Part shown: piece by piece, positions 58,029 to 64,000 of the stretch
How the letters are laid out: every line of letters starts with the position of its first letter
Numbering within the stretch: the first letter of the stretch is position 1
Assembly: GCA_044342325.1 (NCBI GenBank)
Contig: JBIIPZ010000004.1
Coordinates: forward strand, 36,418-100,417
DNA length: 64,000 nucleotides
Direction: 5' to 3'
Source of the DNA: Terrimicrobiaceae bacterium
GTDB taxonomy: Bacteria > Verrucomicrobiota > Verrucomicrobiia > Chthoniobacterales > Terrimicrobiaceae
The notes under the pieces: generated by a model
Databases searched by the model: none
What the model was told of the DNA's origin: nothing
What the model saw: the letters and a program-made list of their open reading frames with translations, nothing else
Translations under genes and position numbers: made by a program

Positions 58029-59951
58029 GTGCCCAAGCCCAAATCCAGCAAAAAGCCGCGCCGCGCCGCAAAGCCGCTCGCCAAGGAGCGCCGCAAGAAG
58101 CGCCATGTTCTGCTCGTCTCCTTGTTGAAAATCGGCCTCGTCACAGCGCTGCTCTGGTCGATCGTCGGGGCCGGCTACTACGCTTGGGCGCATTTCTTCG
58201 ACTTGAAGGAAATCCACAAAATGGACGAGCGCTCGGTGATTTACGACCACGAGGGGAAATACTATTCCCGTCTCGCCGGCGAGAATCGCATGGCTGTGCC
58301 GTTCGACAAGGTCTCGAACGATTTCTACAACGCGCTCATCAGCCGCGAGGACACGAGGTTTTACAAACACCACGGCATTGATCCCATCGGCATCGCCCGT
58401 GCCGTGGTGCGCAACCTCTTTCTCGGAGGCTTTCGCGAGGGCGCCAGCACGATCACACAGCAGCTGGCCAGAAACAGCTTCCCGCTCGGGGGAAAGAACC
58501 TCCACCGCAAACTCATCGAAGCCGCGCTGGCCTTCCGCATTGAGACGGAACTGACGAAGGAGGAAATCCTGGCTGCCTATGTGAACCGCATTTACTTCGG
58601 CTCCGGCACTTACGGCATCGAGGCGGCAAGCCAGACCTACTTCGGGAAACCGGCTTCGAAACTCAATCTTCCCGAGTCCGCAACTCTTGCCGGTCTCATC
58701 CGCAGTCCCAACCGCTTTTCACCCCTCAATAATCCCGATGGCTCCTTGCGCGAGCGCAACACAGTGCTTGGACGCATGCGCGATCTAGGGCTCATCACAA
58801 GCGTCCAATACGACGAGGCCTCGGCCAGTCCCCTCCTCGCCATGCCGCGTATCAAAACTTCGCCGGAGGACAATTGGGCGATGGATGCCATACTTCGCGA
58901 GTTGGAACTCGTGCTGGAACCGGGACAGATGAACGAGGGTGGGCTAAAAATTTACACCACGATCGACGGCCCGCTCCAAGCCGCCTCGGAGCAGGCTGTG
59001 CGAGACCGATTGCAGGCGGTAGAGGCGCAGCCAGGCTATCCGCACAAGCCGATGAGTGAATTCGCGGGCGCTGTTTTGGATGGTGAAAAATCAGCGCCCT
59101 ACTTGCAAGCGGCGGCCATTGCGCTGGACAACAAAAGCGGCGGCATCCGCGCCATCGTCGGAGGGCGTGACTACGAAAACAGCAAGTTTCACCGCGCCCT
59201 TTTTGGAAAACGCCAGGCCGGTTCCGTCATCAAACCCTTCGTTTATGCCTGCGCCTTCGAGTCCGGCATCGCGCCGAACGAACCGGTCTCCGACGACCGT
59301 ATCCAGCCAGGAGAAATCCCACGCAAATTCGGGTCCTACGATCCTTCAAACTCGGATGGATCCTATCGCGGACTCCAGCCTGCTGGAGAAGGATTGATCG
59401 AGTCCCGCAACACCATGACCGTGCGTCTCGGGATGCGCTCGGGGCTGGATCGCATCGCCAACATGATCGTGAAGGCCGGCATAGCGGCGGATCCTCCACG
59501 CTATCCCGCTATCTGCCTCGGGGCGTTCGAGACCAATCTCAAAGATATCACCTCCGCCTACACGGCCTTCGCCACCGGCGGGGTGAAGCTTCAGCCCTAC
59601 CTGATCGACCGCGTCTTCGACGCACGGGGAAATGTCCTCTACAAATCCACACGCGGGCGGATTCAGGTCATCAACCCCGCAGCCGCCCGCATGACGACTT
59701 CGTTATTGGAGGATGTCGTAACGCGCGGCACCGCCGCCCACGCGAGGGAATTTGGCCTGACTGGAAAAGGTAGTGGAAAAACCGGAACAACGAACAACTA
59801 CCTCGACGCCTGGTTCGTTGGATTCGATCCATCGCTCACCTGCGGAGTCTGGGTCGGCTTCGACAAGCCGCGCCCCATCAAGCCAGGCGGTTACGGTGGA
59901 GCGCTGGCCCTGCCGATCTGGGTGGATATCATTGAGGCCGCGAAGCGCTGA
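58029..59951 (+). CDS. Class A penicillin-binding protein (transglycosylase/transpeptidase)
   Basis: EDTRF-HHG, GASTITQQL, RKLIE; SVIK, SRN, KTGT. Confidence 0.93.
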   Translation: MPKPKSSKKPRRAAKPLAKERRKKRHVLLVSLLKIGLVTALLWSIVGAGYYAWAHFFDLKEIHKMDERSVIYDHEGKYYSRLAGENRMAVPFDKVSNDFYNALISREDTRFYKHHGIDPIGIARAVVRNLFLGGFREGASTITQQLARNSFPLGGKNLHRKLIEAALAFRIETELTKEEILAAYVNRIYFGSGTYGIEAASQTYFGKPASKLNLPESATLAGLIRSPNRFSPLNNPDGSLRERNTVLGRMRDLGLITSVQYDEASASPLLAMPRIKTSPEDNWAMDAILRELELVLEPGQMNEGGLKIYTTIDGPLQAASEQAVRDRLQAVEAQPGYPHKPMSEFAGAVLDGEKSAPYLQAAAIALDNKSGGIRAIVGGRDYENSKFHRALFGKRQAGSVIKPFVYACAFESGIAPNEPVSDDRIQPGEIPRKFGSYDPSNSDGSYRGLQPAGEGLIESRNTMTVRLGMRSGLDRIANMIVKAGIAADPPRYPAICLGAFETNLKDITSAYTAFATGGVKLQPYLIDRVFDARGNVLYKSTRGRIQVINPAAARMTTSLLEDVVTRGTAAHAREFGLTGKGSGKTGTTNNYLDAWFVGFDPSLTCGVWVGFDKPRPIKPGGYGGALALPIWVDIIEAAKR

Positions 59952-59972
59952 AATCGAGGGGCTCTGGATTTC

Positions 59973-61304
59973 TTATTGTCGCGATTGCTTCAAGGTATCC
60001 AGCATGCGGGGTAATGCGGGAAGGGCGTATAGTGGAATATTGAGGATCGAGCCGTCGAGTCGGAGGTTTTGCAGCGAGGCGCGAAGAGCCACGGAGGGGT
60101 GAAACTTCATTGTGTAAATCCCGAGGCTGTGGCTGCGGACATTGGTTCCGGCTTTGATTTCAAGAGGAAGAATCTCTGGTCCGGACTGTCTCAGGAAGTC
60201 CACTTCGGTATCGCCTGTGGGGTTTTTCCAATAGTGCAGGGTGCGCTGCCCCAGAGCGAGGAGGTGCTGTGCGGCGAAGTTTTCTGCGAAGGCGCCATGG
60301 TGGCTGCCGAGAATGGAGATATCGCCGGAAAGCGCCACAGGAGGAACCTCGGCAAGCGCTCCCAGAAGGCCTACATCCAAAGCGTAGATTTTAAATGTAG
60401 AGGCCTCCGTTGTTGCGGTGAGTGGAATTTCCGGCTTCATGGCCAGGGCGCAGCGATGCGCGAGACCGGCATTTTCAAGCCAGGTGAGCGCATTTTCGTA
60501 TTCGCGGGCGCGTGCTCCGTGCTTCACGAGGGAAAACAGAAATTTTTTGTTTTCGCGTGCGAGCTGCGTTGGTAGAGATTTCCACAGAAGTGAAAGTTTG
60601 GGAATATCTGCGGCTGGCGCATGTTTGGCGAAGTCGAGTGTGTAGGAATCAAGAATCCCCCGCTGGATCGAACGGCAGGTTTCGCCGTCGGCTCCAGCAG
60701 CATGGCGGGCGACGACCTCTGGCATTCCTCCCGTGAGGTGGTAGTTCCTCAAAAGTTGAATGAGTTCCAGGTGGAGAGCCTCGGGGAGGGGTTCTAAACG
60801 CTCCGGATTTTCGAGCCTTTCCCGGTATCCCGATGCGCCAACGGCATCAAGAAATTCGAAGAAAGTCATCGGATGTAAATCCAGAAAATCAACTTTTCCC
60901 ACGGGAAATGAGGGAGCCTGCGACATGCGCACGCCTAGCAAGGACCCCGCAGCGGCAATGTGATGGTCGGCGGACTGCTCGTGGAAATACTTCAAGGCCG
61001 TCAGCGCCCGGGGGCATGCTTGTATCTCGTCAAAGAAGACCAAGTCCATGCCAGGCGCGATCAGGGTGCGGGCATAGGTTTCCAGATCGCGCAAGATTCT
61101 TTGCGGATGCAGGTCGCTTTCGAAAATGGTGCCCAGTCGCGAATCCTGCTCAAAGTTGAAATAGTGGCATCGTTGGTAATCAGACGCTCCGAACTCGCGC
61201 AAAATATGGGTTTTCCCCGTCTGCCTTGCTCCACGCAAAATCAACGGCTTCCGATTCACCGATGCCTTCCACTGCCTCAATTCTTTTGTGCAATCCCTTT
61301 TCAT
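59973..61304 (-). CDS. AAA_14 ATPase with DUF4143 domain
   Basis: LRGARQTGKT, FFDEIQ, AAGSLLG, FPVGKV, GGMPE, EVDF...LEIKAG; start ATG 61304. Confidence 0.88.
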   Translation of the reverse strand: MKRDCTKELRQWKASVNRKPLILRGARQTGKTHILREFGASDYQRCHYFNFEQDSRLGTIFESDLHPQRILRDLETYARTLIAPGMDLVFFDEIQACPRALTALKYFHEQSADHHIAAAGSLLGVRMSQAPSFPVGKVDFLDLHPMTFFEFLDAVGASGYRERLENPERLEPLPEALHLELIQLLRNYHLTGGMPEVVARHAAGADGETCRSIQRGILDSYTLDFAKHAPAADIPKLSLLWKSLPTQLARENKKFLFSLVKHGARAREYENALTWLENAGLAHRCALAMKPEIPLTATTEASTFKIYALDVGLLGALAEVPPVALSGDISILGSHHGAFAENFAAQHLLALGQRTLHYWKNPTGDTEVDFLRQSGPEILPLEIKAGTNVRSHSLGIYTMKFHPSVALRASLQNLRLDGSILNIPLYALPALPRMLDTLKQSRQ

Positions 61305-61319
61305 AAAGAAAAAATGGAG

Positions 61320-61366
61320 AAAAATCACATAATAGCAAGGTGTAGATGTGAAAAAAATCACATAAT
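61320..61366. repeat. 14-bp direct repeat AAAAATCACATAAT (two copies) in the promoter region of the AAA/DUF4143 gene
   Basis: Copies at 61320-61333 and 61353-61366, 33-bp period. Confidence 0.85.
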
Positions 61367-61445
61367 TGGCAGGTTTCCGTAGCGGAGAGTCAGAAGCCGC
61401 CATTTTTGCGTTCAGGAGGCTTTTGATGAGAAATCCTCTTCCGAA

Positions 61446-63260
61446 CTACTGCAGGCGGACATTGAACTCGAGTTTCCAGCTTTCGCCCGAGGCTGGGTGG
61501 AGGAAGTGGAGTTCGAGGTTGCCGAGTTCGGTGACGCGTGCTTCGAGGCGGACGGGGATTTCCTCGCCCGGTTGATGTCCGGCGGGCGGAGGGATTTCAA
61601 TTTGCAGGCGAGCGGACTCTTCGAGTTCTGCGGCATCGGGCAGCATTTGGCCGGGCTGATCGCCGGCTCGGACTTCGGATTGGAAGAAGCGGAATTCTGA
61701 GGCTTCGCCGGTGTAGAGAAAAAATTCCTGTCCTGAGATTTCGAGTCGGCTTCCCTCTTCCATTCCCTGCGGAGCGACGCAGAGCGCTTTCGTGGGAGGG
61801 CGGCGGCCTGGCACGGCCATGGCGGAGGATTCCATGCCGATGTAGTAGGAGCGTGCGGTGCCGGACTTGATGCGGAGCCCCTCACCAGTGGCACGCAGAC
61901 GCGCATAGGCGGCGGCTCCGAGGGCCACTGCATGGTCGGGGCGCGAGCCTTCAAGTTCGCGGATCGGAGTGCCTGCCCATTGGCTCAGTTGTTCGAGCAC
62001 ACGCTGGCGGAGTGCGGAAGCATTGAAGACGCCTCCATTAAAGAGGACGGCATCGGGCAGCAGGAGCGGTGAGCGGTCGAGGCGCTCGCTTCCGCCAATG
62101 GCTTCGATGAGTTGGGTCGAGGACGCGGTATTGGCTTTAGCGCGCGAGAGGAAGCGGGCGAGATGTTTGGAAATGGCGGCATCTGCTGCATAAGGCAGGC
62201 CGGATTCCCTGAGGGCTCCTGCGCGTCGCAGGATCGGCATTTCGTCGTTTCCTACGATGGGGAAAAACCCATCAACTGCGATTTGTTGAACATCATCCCT
62301 CGTGAGGACTGCGCTGATGGTGGATGCAATGAGTTTGCTTCCGCGCGATGGGATCGAGATGGGCGTCTCTGGCAGCGCGGGATTCGAAAGTAGCGCTTCT
62401 TTGGCGGCGCGCACCGCTTGCACGAGGGCGAGGAATTGCCAGTCGTCGAGGGTGGTTCCTGCCGCGACGAGTTTCTCCGAGACGGCGTGGGCCAGCGCGA
62501 GGTCCATGTTGTCGCCGCCGAGCAGGAGATGCTCGCCGACGGCGATGCGCTCCAGCGCGAGGTTGCCGTCTTTTCCTGTCACAGCGATGAGGCTGAAATC
62601 CGCTGTTCCGCCGCCAATATCGCAGACGAGCAGGAGGTCGCCGGATTTTACCTGTTTGCGCCATTCGGTGCCTTGGTTTTCGAGCCAGGCGTAAAAGGCC
62701 GCCTGTGGTTCCTCCAGAAGTGTAACTTCACTCAGACCCGCTTGTGTCGCGGCTTCGAGTGTCAGTGCACGGGCAACTTCGTCGAAAGACGCGGGAACTG
62801 TGATCACCGCATGCTCAAGTATTGCGGCGGGATTTGCCGCGCGGATGTTGGCGAGCAGGTGGGAGAGGAGTTCGCGCGAGACTTCGAGAGGGGAGAGCTT
62901 TTTCTCCACTGCAGTGCTACCCCATGGAAGAATCGGGCCTCGCCGGTCGGCATGCGGGTGGCAGAGCCAGCTTTTTGCGGAAGCGATCAAGCGGTCGGGT
63001 TGCAGGGCTCCGCGGTCGCGGGCGATGGTGCCGAGGAAGGAATGGGTTTCTGCTTGTTGTTGCCAGGGGAGCTGCGGGCCGCCGTCGGGAAACTCCCCTG
63101 CAGCGGAAATGTAGAGCGATGAGGGGAGCAGCGGGCGCTCCCCGATGCCACTGGCGTTGATCACCTGCGTGATGGGGAGGATTTCGGGCAGCCCGGCATC
63201 CGTTGCCCTTGCAATGGCGCAGTTGCTCGTGCCCAGGTCGATTCCGAAGTAGTCGCTCAT
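61446..63260 (-). CDS. Atypical Hsp70-family protein
   Basis: GIDLGTSN, TVPASFD, EEPQAA, DIGGGTAD, LGGDNMD, LFNGG; no DnaK-type lid; start ATG 63260. Confidence 0.88.
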   Translation of the reverse strand: MSDYFGIDLGTSNCAIARATDAGLPEILPITQVINASGIGERPLLPSSLYISAAGEFPDGGPQLPWQQQAETHSFLGTIARDRGALQPDRLIASAKSWLCHPHADRRGPILPWGSTAVEKKLSPLEVSRELLSHLLANIRAANPAAILEHAVITVPASFDEVARALTLEAATQAGLSEVTLLEEPQAAFYAWLENQGTEWRKQVKSGDLLLVCDIGGGTADFSLIAVTGKDGNLALERIAVGEHLLLGGDNMDLALAHAVSEKLVAAGTTLDDWQFLALVQAVRAAKEALLSNPALPETPISIPSRGSKLIASTISAVLTRDDVQQIAVDGFFPIVGNDEMPILRRAGALRESGLPYAADAAISKHLARFLSRAKANTASSTQLIEAIGGSERLDRSPLLLPDAVLFNGGVFNASALRQRVLEQLSQWAGTPIRELEGSRPDHAVALGAAAYARLRATGEGLRIKSGTARSYYIGMESSAMAVPGRRPPTKALCVAPQGMEEGSRLEISGQEFFLYTGEASEFRFFQSEVRAGDQPGQMLPDAAELEESARLQIEIPPPAGHQPGEEIPVRLEARVTELGNLELHFLHPASGESWKLEFNVRLQ

Positions 63261-63271
63261 TTTTTGATGGA

Positions 63272-63874
63272 TCAGTTTCCGCTGACTTCGACTTCTGCCG
63301 GAGCTAGAACCGGCCAAGGGCGTTTCTCTGTGGTGCCGGTGACGCGCGGGAGTTTCACGCTTTGGGCGACCCAGCCTGGATGGAGAAGTTTGCCTTTGTA
63401 GGGTGGGTGCTCTGGAACCGAGCCTAGCAGACGGAAGGTCGGTGCGTCGTAGCCTGCCTCCAGCGTGAGGGAGGTTCCCTCGGCGGCAGTTTGTAGCGGG
63501 TTGATCTCAAAATACTCGTCGAGGACTTTTCGGCAGCCGGCGTGGACGACGCGGGCTGCGGATCCGATTTGGGCATCGGATGCGGCTGCAATGTCTTCTT
63601 TGGCGAAATCCACCAACCGGCCGTGCTCCTGCAGCAGCGCAAGGAATGCGACAATCTCCGCTTCTGCGCGGGGAGGCGGCGTTGCGGGCTTCACTGGTGC
63701 GGTGGTCTCGGTTTTTTGCTTGGGCTGCGGGCGGATCGCAAGAAACACGAGAACCATGCCAATGGCGGCGGATACCGTCTGCGCGGCGAGTGTGAGATTT
63801 TGTTCAGGAAAATAAACTGCAGCGGCGTTGAGGCCGAGAAGGACGGCACCGCAGGCAATAAGGCTGTTTTTCAT
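63272..63874 (-). CDS. DUF2760 domain membrane protein
   Basis: Two N-terminal TM segments, LLQEHGRLVDF-EDI...DAQIGSAARVVH-GC, G-L-HPGW, APAEVE; start ATG 63874. Confidence 0.85.
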   Translation of the reverse strand: MKNSLIACGAVLLGLNAAAVYFPEQNLTLAAQTVSAAIGMVLVFLAIRPQPKQKTETTAPVKPATPPPRAEAEIVAFLALLQEHGRLVDFAKEDIAAASDAQIGSAARVVHAGCRKVLDEYFEINPLQTAAEGTSLTLEAGYDAPTFRLLGSVPEHPPYKGKLLHPGWVAQSVKLPRVTGTTEKRPWPVLAPAEVEVSGN

Positions 63875-64000
63875 ACGGGGCGGGATAGTGCGAGATGCCG
63901 CATTTCTTGGCAATGGAGATTCCACCCCACGCATGTGGGCTTTTGCGTTTGATTTTTCAACGGTCGTGGAGAATGATGACCGCATTCAGCACCCGTAGCT

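Noticed and set aside
63957..64000. Possible 3' end of an upstream minus-strand gene (LRVLNAVIILHDR*)
   Set aside because: Only about 13 codons are visible, too few to support a call

Overview
GC-rich bacterial chromosomal window. Gene content and style suggest Verrucomicrobiota (Spartobacteria/Chthoniobacterales-like), but that is an inference only. Most of it is housekeeping and carbohydrate metabolism: msbA, a rhamnose cluster (rhaEW, DeoR regulator, rhaB, lutABC), a pseudouridine synthase, uvrA, glpFKD, hisG, folE2, a chromate-transporter pair, fcl, a polysaccharide export locus (ligase, beta-barrel, wzc, short OPX, NusG paralog), miaA, a DUF1800/DUF1501 pair, a sigma54 activator, rlmN, ffh-rpsP-khpA, rho, trmD, a class A PBP and DUF2760-Hsp70. 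I saw no rRNA, tRNA, CRISPR array, integrase or IS transposase. Signals not in the ORF track are: (1) a consensus sigma54 promoter driving an approximately 80-nt self-contained hairpin RNA that displays two GGGAGGG loops (28764-28872), the best candidate for something undescribed; (2) a Rho with an intact motor but a degenerate primary RNA-binding site; (3) a PD-(D/E)XK/Rpn-like gene flanked by two diverged copies of its neighbour's 3' end, which looks like an allele-replacement scar; (4) a frameshifted hicA; (5) a 34-aa bS22-like ribosomal protein gene; (6) a truncated histone-deacetylase-family gene at the left edge. All family calls come from motif recognition by eye, not from database searches.
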